32,000 bases of DNA from Nitrosarchaeum sp. (GCA_003569705.1 BGOU01000010.1:173694-205693), one strand, 5' to 3'; shown: positions 1 through 8,846, counted from the first letter of the stretch. The notes: generated by a model not told the origin, from the letters alone. Numbers and translations are program-made.

Positions 1-1
1 T

Positions 2-580
2 CCATTAAAAGGAGAAACACTATACAAATTTCCTGAAACTGCAACTACCGGAAAATATAGTCTTGAGCAAAATCTATTCATAGGATTACCAAGTAATGTT
101 ACATATTCAGATACAATAAATTCACTTAAAAAATACGGATTTGCCGTAATTACATCACATCCACAAGAATTTTCAATAATTCAAAATGGAACTTATACAA
201 ATCAGATAAACAAAGAACAAATTATTGAGTTAGGATCATTGATTCAAAAATTACAATCAGATGGAATTAAAATTGTAAGTATCGGTAAAATTAATTTGGA
301 TTCAACAACAGTGGTAATTCCTCAGTGGATAAAGAATAATGCCGGGTGGTGGGCAGAAGATCAAATTGACGATGCGTCTTTTGTACAAGGAATACAGTAT
401 TTAATTCAAAAAGAAATAATGAAAATCCCAAAAGCAAACAATACACAAAATGCAGAAAACAAAGACATTCCTCAGTGGATAAAGAATAATGCCGGGTGGT
501 GGGCAAAGGGACAGATTACAGATTCAGATTTTGTTAGGGGTATTGAGTATCTAGTAAATCACAAGATAATCACATATTGA
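2..580 (+). CDS. 5'-truncated secreted/surface protein with two C-terminal tandem copies of a Trp-rich module of about 50 aa (IPQWIKNNAGWWA...)
   Basis: Frame 2 has no stop from the window edge to 580. The 113-aa ORF-track entry (TTG at 239) is therefore only the tail of a longer gene. The motif IPQWIKNNAGWWA(E/K)..QI.D..F..GI.YL occurs twice. The upstream part (..YGFAVITSHPQEFS..) weakly recalls polysaccharide-deacetylase-type proteins, from memory only. Confidence 0.6.
   Translation, partial: PLKGETLYKFPETATTGKYSLEQNLFIGLPSNVTYSDTINSLKKYGFAVITSHPQEFSIIQNGTYTNQINKEQIIELGSLIQKLQSDGIKIVSIGKINLDSTTVVIPQWIKNNAGWWAEDQIDDASFVQGIQYLIQKEIMKIPKANNTQNAENKDIPQWIKNNAGWWAKGQITDSDFVRGIEYLVNHKIITY
317..505 (+). 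repeat. Intragenic duplication: an exact 39-nt repeat at 317-355 and 467-505
   Basis: attcctcagtggataaagaataatgccgggtggtgggca occurs twice, 150 nt apart and in frame. It encodes the IPQWIKNNAGWWA core of both protein modules. Confidence 0.95.
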
Positions 581-1526
581 CTACTTTAAAATTTTTGCTG
601 GTTTTCCATCGCCCTTCTTCAAGTTTAAATTTATTTTCACATTTTAGACATAAATAATATGTAGAAATTTCTGGAAAGAATTCCGTACAATTATTACAAA
701 TGTAATGATTTTGCAATAATCGATAATCAACACCTAGAGCTTTTATCTCCTTGTTACAGTTCGGACATGTGTCATTTTTATAGGTAGATTCTTCTGAAAT
801 ATTTCCACAATCATAATGTTCCACAAGTTTGCCCAATCTGAAATTAGAGCTTTTACAAGAAGGGCAATAAAATATTTGAGTTGTTTTAACAGAATCACAT
901 TGATTACAAGCAATTTCTTTTTTATCTCCCAGTGAGATGATCTTTCCTTGTTTTTCAAGTTCATTTAGATGTAAAACTATGGCTTCATCAGAAGAACCAA
1001 TTAACTGTTCTATAAAATTAAGACTAATTTGTTTTGCAGATTGTAATAGGAAATCAACATGTGTATGAAGTTTTATTTGATTTTGGTTTGTAACATCGTT
1101 TAATGTTTTGATTTGTTCAGATTCTTTTTCAAAAAAAGACTGTTCTTTTTCAATAGTTTCAAAAATAGATTTAAGATTTTCAAAACGAATTGGTTTTTCT
1201 AAATATTGATACACACCTAACCTAATTAGTTCTTTAATTCCTTCATCGTCTTTCTCAGTAGCAGTTTCCAGTACAACTCGGGCATTTGGTTGAACTTCAA
1301 GCATTTGGGTTAAAATTGATCGTGCATCCATATCCGGAAGCATATAATCAAGCAAAACTATTGGGTGTTTTTCTAAACTCACAAGTTCTTTGAATGTTTC
1401 AATGGAAGTAGCGCCATTAGTACAAGTGTGAATTTGTGTATAACCTAATTTTTCCAGATAATTTTTTAATAGCATGCATATTGCAGGACTGTCCTCAATA
1501 ATCAGGACATCGTCTTTTGAACTCAT
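570..1526 (-). CDS. Response regulator: N-terminal CheY-like receiver plus a Cys-rich multi-zinc-ribbon output domain
   Basis: The N-terminus (VLIIEDSPAICMLLKNYLEKLGY...IVLLDYMLPDMD) is a typical REC domain. The C-terminal ~120 aa carry five CxxC pairs (CNQC, CPSC, CPNC, CNNC, CLKC). This resembles the thaumarchaeal TackOD1-type output domain as I remember it. The 3' end overlaps the convergent upstream gene by 11 nt. Confidence 0.85.
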   Translation of the reverse strand: MSSKDDVLIIEDSPAICMLLKNYLEKLGYTQIHTCTNGATSIETFKELVSLEKHPIVLLDYMLPDMDARSILTQMLEVQPNARVVLETATEKDDEGIKELIRLGVYQYLEKPIRFENLKSIFETIEKEQSFFEKESEQIKTLNDVTNQNQIKLHTHVDFLLQSAKQISLNFIEQLIGSSDEAIVLHLNELEKQGKIISLGDKKEIACNQCDSVKTTQIFYCPSCKSSNFRLGKLVEHYDCGNISEESTYKNDTCPNCNKEIKALGVDYRLLQNHYICNNCTEFFPEISTYYLCLKCENKFKLEEGRWKTSKNFKVVNM

Positions 1527-1813
1527 CAGTAATCACTGCATTTAAGGTAGAATAAAAATTCCATGTCTAATAACAATAATTCATTCAATTTAATGAGAAT
1601 CATAAAAATTGTTCATAAAACAATTAAATCTTTAGCATAATGATTATAGTTAAATCGTAATTAGTTTTTGATGTTTATAATACTGCTTTTATTGTAATTT
1701 TTAAATCATCAAAAATAATACATATTTTTTAATTTAAGAGTATTAGGATCAACAATCCCCATAACTACAATACTGTACAAAAGACTAAATGTCTCAAAAA
1801 AATTCAATTCTCA

Positions 1814-2518
1814 TTGATTCATGCTTTATCATTAGCAATAGGTGCAGGAATTGCATCAGTTGCAATAATTGCAGTATTTTTGGCATTTGGTACATTTAAC
1901 GATAACTCAGAACTGGCAGTAACCCCAACACCTAAAATTCAGGAAGTAGGTCCTGCAAAAATCACAGCAGCCACGTTTATGGAAAATGGCTCACCAATTC
2001 TTGGGGATCCTAATGCACCAATAACAGTGGTGGAATTTGGCGATTATCAGTGTTTTTTCTGCAACAAGTTCTTCCATGATACAGAAGATTCTCTTTTGAA
2101 AAACTATGTAGAAACAGGTAAAGTCAAAGTGATTTTTAAGGACTTTACAATTATTGGTGCAGATTCAATTGCTGCTGCAAATGCGGCTCATTGTGCATCT
2201 GATCAAGGAAAGTTTTGGGAATATCACGATACATTGTATAATCATTGGACGGGGGAAAATAATGGATGGGCATCATATGACAACTTACTTCAATTTGCAG
2301 AAGATTTAGGACTGAATACTGATGAATTTTCAAAATGTATTGCAGACTCAAAATATGCACAAAGTATTACAAATAGTAATCAAGATGCAAAGGATTTGGG
2401 ATTGACAGGAACGCCTGCATTTTTTATTATTGGTCCAGATAACAAAGTAACAAAGATCGGGGGAGCTCAGCCATATGATGTTTTTGAAAGAATTTTCAAT
2501 TCAGAGTTGGAAAAATAG
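1814..2518 (+). CDS. Membrane-anchored DsbA-like thioredoxin-fold thiol:disulfide oxidoreductase
   Basis: N-terminal TM helix (LSLAIGAGIASVAIIAVFLAF). CFFC active-site motif in the context VVEFGDYQCFFC. DsbA-type C-terminus (GTPAFFI.G). TTG is the first canonical start after the upstream stop, and there is no in-frame ATG upstream. Confidence 0.85.
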   Translation: MIHALSLAIGAGIASVAIIAVFLAFGTFNDNSELAVTPTPKIQEVGPAKITAATFMENGSPILGDPNAPITVVEFGDYQCFFCNKFFHDTEDSLLKNYVETGKVKVIFKDFTIIGADSIAAANAAHCASDQGKFWEYHDTLYNHWTGENNGWASYDNLLQFAEDLGLNTDEFSKCIADSKYAQSITNSNQDAKDLGLTGTPAFFIIGPDNKVTKIGGAQPYDVFERIFNSELEK

Positions 2519-2630
2519 AAAAAACATAGATCAGTTAGCAAAAAGTATATAAAAAATTGTAAAAACTCCCTAAAGAGTAAGATGAGATTAGCTCAGTATC
2601 CTTATATGAGTATAGACGGAGGCAAGCTTG

Positions 2631-4025
2631 ATGGCAGCAGGAATAGATGACATTGCAATTTACATACCAAGGCTGTACATAGATGCGGCAGATTTTGCAA
2701 AAGCCAGAGGATTAGACCCTGAAAAACTTCAAAAAGGTTTAGGAGTATCTCAGATGGCAATTGTGGATACTAATCAAGACCCAGCATGTCTTGCAGCAAA
2801 TGCATGCCTTCAGATTATGCAGAAAAACAAGCTATCCCCAGAAGACATTGGAAGATTGTACATCTCAACAGAATCTTCATTTGATGAATCAAAGGCAATG
2901 AATTCTTATGTTATTGGAATGCTAGAGCAGGTTTACGGTCAAGGTGCTTTTGAGCACTGTGGAGGAGTAGAGACAAAATTTGCTTGTGTTAGTGGGTCTT
3001 ATGCACTTTATGATAATACTAATTGGATTAGAGCAGGGGAAGCAGAAGGAAAACATGCACTAGTTGTAGTATCAGATATTGCAAAATATGACATGGGTAC
3101 TAGTGGGGAAATGACACAAGGTGCAGGGGCAGTAGTAATGCTACTCAATGATGAACCAAGACTATTGGCATTTGATCCCAAAGTAACTGCGACGTCAATT
3201 AAAGATGAATATGATTTTTACAGACCTTTTGGAAAAGAAACGCCAATTGTACACGGTCAGTACTCTAATCTTTTGTATATGATTCAGGTAAGAAAAGCAC
3301 TTGAAATCTACAAGAAAAGAGCTCTGTCATCAGGATTAATGAAATTAGAACCAGGTGAGACAATACTGGATCATATGGATTATCTTAACATGCATTTACC
3401 ATACAGTAACATGGGCAAAAAGGCTCTTGCATATCTGGTAAGACATGAATGGCGTCAACTTCCAAGATGGAAAAAAATAATCCAAGAAATTGGCATGTCA
3501 GAACCAGTACCAAAGGATCCACGTGGGACAATTGAATCAGTACTAGGAGATGAAGAATTTATGGCAAAAGACCATGAATTTACAAAATTATTTACAAAGA
3601 CAAGAGAGTATCAAGAATTGTATGAAGCAAAACTTGCAAGTTCATTAATTGCATCAAAGATGATTGGAAATTTATACACCGCATCACTGTATCTTGGATT
3701 TAGAAGCTGTCTTGAATTTGAGTATCAAAAGGGAGTTGATTTGAATGGAAAACGTGTGGGATTTGGCTCATATGGAAGTGGAAGTAGTGCCATGGTGTTT
3801 AGTGGTCTAATTCAACCCCAATACGAAGAAATTGTAAAAAATATGAATTTAGAGGCAGAACTTGCTCCAAGAAGAAAACTTACGCTGCAAGAATATGAAA
3901 TACTACATGAAAACAAACTCTCACCAGAAGAACCAATGCTTCACACAAAAAGAGAATTCATCTTAGTAGATGTCAATACCACCACTGAATCAAGAGGTGA
4001 AAGACGATACATTTTCAACGAATAA
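2631..4025 (+). CDS. Hydroxymethylglutaryl-CoA synthase (mevalonate pathway)
   Basis: 464-aa thiolase-fold condensing enzyme. It shows the HMGCS pattern: GIDDIAIYIP...ESSFDESKA...ACVSGSYAL...GSYGSGSSA. The ORF-track TTG at 2628 is immediately followed by ATG at 2631, which I prefer. Confidence 0.9.
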   Translation: MAAGIDDIAIYIPRLYIDAADFAKARGLDPEKLQKGLGVSQMAIVDTNQDPACLAANACLQIMQKNKLSPEDIGRLYISTESSFDESKAMNSYVIGMLEQVYGQGAFEHCGGVETKFACVSGSYALYDNTNWIRAGEAEGKHALVVVSDIAKYDMGTSGEMTQGAGAVVMLLNDEPRLLAFDPKVTATSIKDEYDFYRPFGKETPIVHGQYSNLLYMIQVRKALEIYKKRALSSGLMKLEPGETILDHMDYLNMHLPYSNMGKKALAYLVRHEWRQLPRWKKIIQEIGMSEPVPKDPRGTIESVLGDEEFMAKDHEFTKLFTKTREYQELYEAKLASSLIASKMIGNLYTASLYLGFRSCLEFEYQKGVDLNGKRVGFGSYGSGSSAMVFSGLIQPQYEEIVKNMNLEAELAPRRKLTLQEYEILHENKLSPEEPMLHTKREFILVDVNTTTESRGERRYIFNE

Positions 4026-4029
4026 ACTA

Positions 4030-4581
4030 ATGCAAGAAGAGCCAAACCCAATCAAGGATTTTTTATTTGATTACATAAAAAAATCAGAAGAAAAGATTCA
4101 AGAGTTAACATCACAGTCAAAATTTGCAGAAATAATTGATGATGTTTTAGAAAATTGTTATGATAGAGTAATTTCAATGGGTGAAAAAGAAGAGAGTTTA
4201 GGAATTCTTGCCACAGGATTGCTACATTACATTTTAACAAACGCGCTAATATCTAGTCAAAGAAAAATAGAACATGACGGAATACCACTAGATATCGTCA
4301 TACCAAATTTAAAAACACTTGAAATTGATCCAAAAAAAACTTTGATAATATGTATTCTAAAAACTATTGATAAAAACACCATAGAACAAAAACTAGAGCA
4401 GTTGCAAAAAATTCAACCCATCAAAGACAATATTTGGTTAGTAATTACAAAGAAATCGGATTTACAAAACAAAACATATGTAGTTGAAAAGAAAAATGCA
4501 TCATTTTCAAAAATAATTTATGATATTGCACAATTTGTAAATGTACATGGTCAAAGTAAATTCAAAATATTACGTATTTGA
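4030..4581 (+). CDS. Hypothetical protein (183 aa), probably co-transcribed with HMG-CoA synthase
   Basis: Long ORF in the same direction. The ATG at 4030 lies 5 nt after the HMGCS stop, whereas the ORF-track start at 3970 would overlap HMGCS by 56 nt. I recognise no family. Confidence 0.6.
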   Translation: MQEEPNPIKDFLFDYIKKSEEKIQELTSQSKFAEIIDDVLENCYDRVISMGEKEESLGILATGLLHYILTNALISSQRKIEHDGIPLDIVIPNLKTLEIDPKKTLIICILKTIDKNTIEQKLEQLQKIQPIKDNIWLVITKKSDLQNKTYVVEKKNASFSKIIYDIAQFVNVHGQSKFKILRI

Positions 4582-4584
4582 AAA

Positions 4585-5274
4585 TTAGTTTAATAGTGAT
4601 TTAAAATTGATATTTTTTTTGAAAATCCGATAAAGTGACGCATCACTCATATCATCTATGAATGGAATTGAGCCCAATACGGGCATATTTGTCAAATTTT
4701 CTAAATCTCGTTTTAGTTCCTTGATGAGATAGCCACCAGTATCAAAATTATTAATCACTATGCCCTTAACTGGAATTTTGTATTTTTCACACATCTTACA
4801 TGTCATTATGGTGTGATTGATAGTTCCAACTTTTGTTCGGGTAACAATTATTGTCGGCAATTTCATATCTTTGATTAAATTTGTTACAAAGTAATCTCGA
4901 AGAATAGGAGTCATGATACCGCCCATTCCTTCAACTAGCATCATTGAATGTAGTTGTGATAATTTTTTAAAGCTATTCAAGATCAGTTGAATGTCTGGTT
5001 TTATTTTCAAATTTTTTAACGCTGTATAGGGCGATGCTGCAATTGGGAAAAATTGTGGATTTAGTAGAATTTCAGGATCATTTACATGTGCAGCATTTGC
5101 TAAAATTTCAACATCTTCTGATTTGAATCCAGTTTTTTGGGCAGTTCCAGCAGCAAATGGCTTCATCACTCCCACATCCATCCCCATCTTTCGAAGAGTG
5201 ACAGCAAATCCAGCAGCAACATATGTTTTTCCCACATCGGTGTCAGTTCCTGTAATAAATAATGAATTTAACAA
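4585..5274 (-). CDS. bioD: ATP-dependent dethiobiotin synthetase
   Basis: FITGTDTDVGKTYV P-loop, MKPFAAG and VEGMGG motifs, and a length of 229 aa, all typical of BioD. Confidence 0.9.
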   Translation of the reverse strand: MLNSLFITGTDTDVGKTYVAAGFAVTLRKMGMDVGVMKPFAAGTAQKTGFKSEDVEILANAAHVNDPEILLNPQFFPIAASPYTALKNLKIKPDIQLILNSFKKLSQLHSMMLVEGMGGIMTPILRDYFVTNLIKDMKLPTIIVTRTKVGTINHTIMTCKMCEKYKIPVKGIVINNFDTGGYLIKELKRDLENLTNMPVLGSIPFIDDMSDASLYRIFKKNINFKSLLN

Positions 5275-5385
5275 TGATTCATTAGGATTTTACAATCTTA
5301 TGAAGATTATGAAAGATAGGATTCTAATCCATTTTTACTTTCCAAATCCTCAAGATAATAATTTGTATGAATTAATCTTTTTTAT

Positions 5386-5661
5386 CTAATTGATAAGGAC
5401 ACTTGAATGACCACATTTTCTACAACTCATTGTACCATTTTTGGAATATTCATGAGTGCAATTAATTTGATCAGGTTTCAAAATTGTAAAATCATTTAAC
5501 TTTTCAGTTTGATCAGCATTATCATCTAGTGATGTAATTACATTTCTTTCTAATGCATTTGTATAAAACTTGTAACAACTCGTAGAGCAAAACAGTGTAT
5601 TTTTTGCATTAAACGATTTTCTACAATTTCTGCAACTTGTAGGGGTCTTTACTTTACTCAT
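5386..5661 (-). CDS. Small Cys-rich protein with a TRASH/zf-FCS-like motif and a second zinc ribbon
   Basis: CRNC-x10-FCSTSC matches the Cx2C...FCSxxC TRASH/FCS pattern. There is a C-terminal C...CRKC. ATG at 5661 (MSKVKTP...) is preferred over the ORF-track start at 5757, whose N-terminal extension looks non-genic. Confidence 0.5.
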   Translation of the reverse strand: MSKVKTPTSCRNCRKSFNAKNTLFCSTSCYKFYTNALERNVITSLDDNADQTEKLNDFTILKPDQINCTHEYSKNGTMSCRKCGHSSVLIN

Positions 5662-6039
5662 GCTAGAATCATACATCAAAAAGATATAGGCAGTTTGGAA
5701 GATTCCAAAGTTTTCCCTATCCATTTTGGCAATAATCCTCATCAAATGAAGAATCAAATTCCAACCTCTTTTTTGTTTGATCGTTTCATACGTAAAAATT
5801 AGGTTTGAAAAATTGAATACTACATATTTTTACAAAAAAATTAGTGTTTTATTGATCAATCTTTTACCTGTCTAATTATATAAATTTCAGATTATGTGCA
5901 TTCCAGGGATATAAGAATTACAACAATCATCCGATAGTTAATTGTTGATTTTAATCAGGCATGTTATTGCAAAATATAGATAATATAACTAAAATCATCT
6001 TATCCATTAGTATGTATTCTAGAGAAGATAACAACAATC

Positions 6040-6207
6040 ATGCAAGAAAAAACATTGGCATTATTGAAGCAAGACATTCTCACATATTGGGAAGACTTGA
6101 AAGAAGGAGATTTCGAAGATAATGGGTTCTTAAAAGAACTTAATGCTTGTATTGGATATTATAATGAGTATAAACGGGGACAGGTAGTAAAAGCAACAGA
6201 AGAATGA
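6040..6207 (+). CDS. Small hypothetical ORF (55 aa)
   Basis: ATG-initiated ORF below the track threshold. Its TGA stop overlaps the ATG of the next ORF (ATGA at 6204-6207), which suggests translational coupling. Confidence 0.3.
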   Translation: MQEKTLALLKQDILTYWEDLKEGDFEDNGFLKELNACIGYYNEYKRGQVVKATEE

Positions 6208-6341
6208 AAACAGAGATATGTTTTGATTGTTACAAGATAATGGTAAAAAAAGAAGAGCATGCCAATGACAGCCACAGTGTATTTTGGATTTGTGAATCAT
6301 GTGGTAAGAGAAAATACGATGATCAAATAAAGATAAACTAG
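6204..6341 (+). CDS. Small zinc-ribbon ORF (45 aa)
   Basis: MKTEICFDCYK...FWICESCGKRKY gives CxxC-x20-CxxC. It is start-stop coupled to the ORF at 6040-6207. Confidence 0.35.
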   Translation: MKTEICFDCYKIMVKKEEHANDSHSVFWICESCGKRKYDDQIKIN

Positions 6342-6395
6342 CACTAGGATGATACAGTGGATTTCCTAATATACTGGGCTTAATGTAAAGTAATT

Positions 6396-6509
6396 ATGAA
6401 ATATTGCAATGATTGTTTAACTCCAATTAGTCGTAATTCATCAGAGGAGTACTGTAGTTTATGCAAAAAGGCCAGAGATAATAAAAAAATTACCAATACT
6501 ACAGCATAA
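6396..6509 (+). CDS. Small zinc-ribbon ORF (37 aa)
   Basis: MKYCNDCLTPISRNSSEEYCSLCKKARDNKK gives CxxC-x12-CxxC with a basic tail. The stop is followed by a T-run. Confidence 0.3.
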   Translation: MKYCNDCLTPISRNSSEEYCSLCKKARDNKKITNTTA

Positions 6510-6662
6510 TTTTTTTCTAAAAAATATCATAAAACGGTACAAATGATTTCAATAATTATTTTATAAAGCAAAAGTAATAATATTTCAAATATTGTCATAT
6601 CATAAAATAAACATTAGAAAAAACGGTGTATCCATATATTCAACTAGTGACAATAATAATAC

Positions 6663-7088
6663 ATGAGAAATACAAGTTCAGATAATGATGCAAATAAAGA
6701 GTTTCACTATAGACCAACTATACGGGGAAACAAAACAGGTACGGGAAATTTACCAAATGTAGAGTTGTATGACAATACATCAAATGAACAAAAAATACAA
6801 AGAAACGAAAAATCATCAGAACCATCAAAGCACATGAGCTTGATGTTTCCTTGGGATGTATATGCTAAACTTTTAGAATATTCAAACAAAAGTGGTGTAT
6901 CAATTACAGATATAACAGTTGAAGCATTAAAACAGTATTTACTGGAAAAAACAACTCAGAATAATGAAATTGAAAAATTAAAAGAGCAAGTAACAGAATT
7001 AGAAAAAGAACGTTCTGGAGGAGAACATGAGTTTGATAATTTAGAGAAAACGATAAAAAACATAGTTCAAAAAGATTCAGAAATATAG
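6663..7088 (+). CDS. Ribbon-helix-helix (CopG/Arc-like) protein with a C-terminal coiled coil
   Basis: MSLMFPWDVYAKLLEYSNKSGVSITDITVEALKQYLLEK fits a strand-helix-helix pattern. It is followed by a heptad-like segment, EIEKLKEQVTELEKE. The N-terminal ~57 aa are low-complexity, so the true start may be the ATG at 6834. Confidence 0.55.
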   Translation: MRNTSSDNDANKEFHYRPTIRGNKTGTGNLPNVELYDNTSNEQKIQRNEKSSEPSKHMSLMFPWDVYAKLLEYSNKSGVSITDITVEALKQYLLEKTTQNNEIEKLKEQVTELEKERSGGEHEFDNLEKTIKNIVQKDSEI

Positions 7089-7137
7089 ATTGTGATGTCT
7101 CAACAAAAGAAATAAAAATTAAAACAAATCACAGGTG

Positions 7138-7272
7138 TTAATTTGACGCAACAACATGGCCGTTAGCATCAAGGATGTTGCCACAAGATGAACATTCCCA
7201 ATTAACGTTGGTATTTAATTGATCAGCATTTGTAATCTTTGAAGCATTACAGACTTTACAGCGTATTGACAT
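7138..7272 (-). CDS. Small zinc-ribbon ORF (44 aa) directly downstream of tbp
   Basis: MSIRCKVCNASK...NWECSSCGNILD gives CxxC-x18-CxxC. Same strand as tfb and tbp, starting 24 nt after the tbp stop. Below the ORF-track size cutoff. Confidence 0.4.
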   Translation of the reverse strand: MSIRCKVCNASKITNADQLNTNVNWECSSCGNILDANGHVVASN

Positions 7273-7296
7273 GTCTCTTTTTATGGATTCATAATA

Positions 7297-7857
7297 TTAT
7301 TCATAAGCCATTAAATTTTTTTCTTCAAGCATACTGTGAATTTGATGAACAGAACGATGAATGTCTTTTTCAAGTTTAGCACCAACACAAACTAATTTAC
7401 CTGATGCAAAAATTAGAATTACAGTTTTAGGATCTAGCATTCTATGAATTAGCCCCGGAAACTGTTCTGGTTCATACATGCTTCTAGGAAGAGTTCTAGC
7501 AGCTTGTTCCAAATTAACTCTACCTCCAAGATTAATTGATGAGACAATATTTTGTATTGTAACTACAGCATCATTTTTAATTTTGATTTTACCCTTTCTC
7601 AGCATCTCTACTACTTTAGCTACTGCAGTCTCTGCCAATTCTTGGGATTTGGCACCGGTGCATACCATCTTTCCTGAGCTAAAAAGCAAAGTAGCAGTTT
7701 TTGGATTTTTAAGTCTGAAAACAGCTCCTGGAAATTGTTCTGGATGATACTCTACGTCTGGAAATTTTTTAGTTATATCTACAAGATCTAATCTTTGGTC
7801 TATTGTTGCAGAAGCCACAACATTCACTATTGCAATTAAAGGTCTGGTTTGTGTCAT
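7297..7857 (-). CDS. tbp: TATA-box binding protein
   Basis: Two direct TBP repeats (NVVASA...EQFPGAVFRL..PK.T.LLFSSGKMVCTGAKS and NIVSSINL...EQFPGLIHRM..PK....IFASGKLVCVGAK). 186 aa. Confidence 0.95.
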   Translation of the reverse strand: MTQTRPLIAIVNVVASATIDQRLDLVDITKKFPDVEYHPEQFPGAVFRLKNPKTATLLFSSGKMVCTGAKSQELAETAVAKVVEMLRKGKIKIKNDAVVTIQNIVSSINLGGRVNLEQAARTLPRSMYEPEQFPGLIHRMLDPKTVILIFASGKLVCVGAKLEKDIHRSVHQIHSMLEEKNLMAYE

Positions 7858-7874
7858 ATGGTTATTTCTCCAAC

Positions 7875-8795
7875 CTACAAATCGGCATCTTGATCTAATC
7901 TTAAACCCTTGTATCTATTTCTTATTGTAACCTCAGTTACACTTGCGGCTTCAGCAATATCACGTTGAGTCATATTTTCACAATTTTTTACACATGACAA
8001 GTACAAGGCTGCTGCTGCAAGGCCCATTGGATCCTTACCAGCTGATTCTTCATGTTCTTGAGCTACTTTGAGCACTTTAACTGCATAGCGTTTTGTTTTT
8101 TCTGTAATTCCAAGCTTGCTTGCAATTCGGGCAACACATTGAATTGGATCAACAACTGGCATTTTTAGCTCTAATTCTCTATGTAATAATCGATAACATC
8201 TTGCAATATCTTTTTTCTTAATATTACCTGCATCTGAAACATCTTTTAGGGTTCTAGGGGTTTCAGTATCTCTACATGCAGCATAAAGGGCAGATGCAAT
8301 TAATGCTGAAATTGAACGTCCTCGAACCAAACCTTTCTCTAATGCCTTTCGGTAAATGTAAGCTGCTTTTTCAATTACTGCATCAGAAAGTGAAAGTTTG
8401 TCTTTTAGTCGAGTTAATTCACTTAATGCTTGTCTAAGATTTCTATCTGCAGATGCATGCACTTTACTTCTGCTATCCCATGTTCTTAGTCTTTCAATGG
8501 TGCTTTTCATAGCAGATGTAAGTGGTTTTCCAGACGAGTCTCTATTTATCGGATTAATGATTGTAGCAAGTCCGCGGTCGTGAATTGTAAGTGATGTTGG
8601 AGCACCGGTTCTAGTAGGATCTGCACCGCCTTCTTTTGAAAATGATCTCCATTCAGGTCCAGAGTCTTGCAGTGTTTCAGAGATAACATAGCCACATTTT
8701 CCGCAAAATCTTTCTCCGGTTACATTATCAGTTAGCATGCCATTTTTTCCACAACGTCCACAAATAGTACCTGCATTGACAGTTTCTAAAACCAT
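7875..8795 (-). CDS. tfb: Transcription initiation factor IIB (TFB)
   Basis: N-terminal zinc ribbon (CGRCG...CGKCG), B-linker and two cyclin-like repeats ending in ...TEVTIRNRYK. ATG at 8795 is preferred to the TTG at 8807 given in the ORF track. Confidence 0.95.
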   Translation of the reverse strand: MVLETVNAGTICGRCGKNGMLTDNVTGERFCGKCGYVISETLQDSGPEWRSFSKEGGADPTRTGAPTSLTIHDRGLATIINPINRDSSGKPLTSAMKSTIERLRTWDSRSKVHASADRNLRQALSELTRLKDKLSLSDAVIEKAAYIYRKALEKGLVRGRSISALIASALYAACRDTETPRTLKDVSDAGNIKKKDIARCYRLLHRELELKMPVVDPIQCVARIASKLGITEKTKRYAVKVLKVAQEHEESAGKDPMGLAAAALYLSCVKNCENMTQRDIAEAASVTEVTIRNRYKGLRLDQDADL

Positions 8796-8846
8796 AAATA
8801 AGACCAATTTCGGTTATTTTTCTTACTATAAGAACTGACTTATTTC

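Noticed and set aside
2584-2600. tRNA-like string gattagctcagtatcc upstream of HMGCS
   Set aside because: It resembles only the TAGCTCAGT part of a D arm. There is no GG/GAGC closure, anticodon arm, T arm or acceptor pairing.
3970-4029. Longer N-terminus for the gene after HMGCS (ORF-track start at 3970)
   Set aside because: It would overlap the HMGCS coding end by 56 nt. The ATG at 4030, just past the stop, is the more economical start.
5123-5389. 88-aa + strand ORF
   Set aside because: It is mostly antisense to bioD, and the remainder runs through the AT-rich spacer. It is a shadow ORF.
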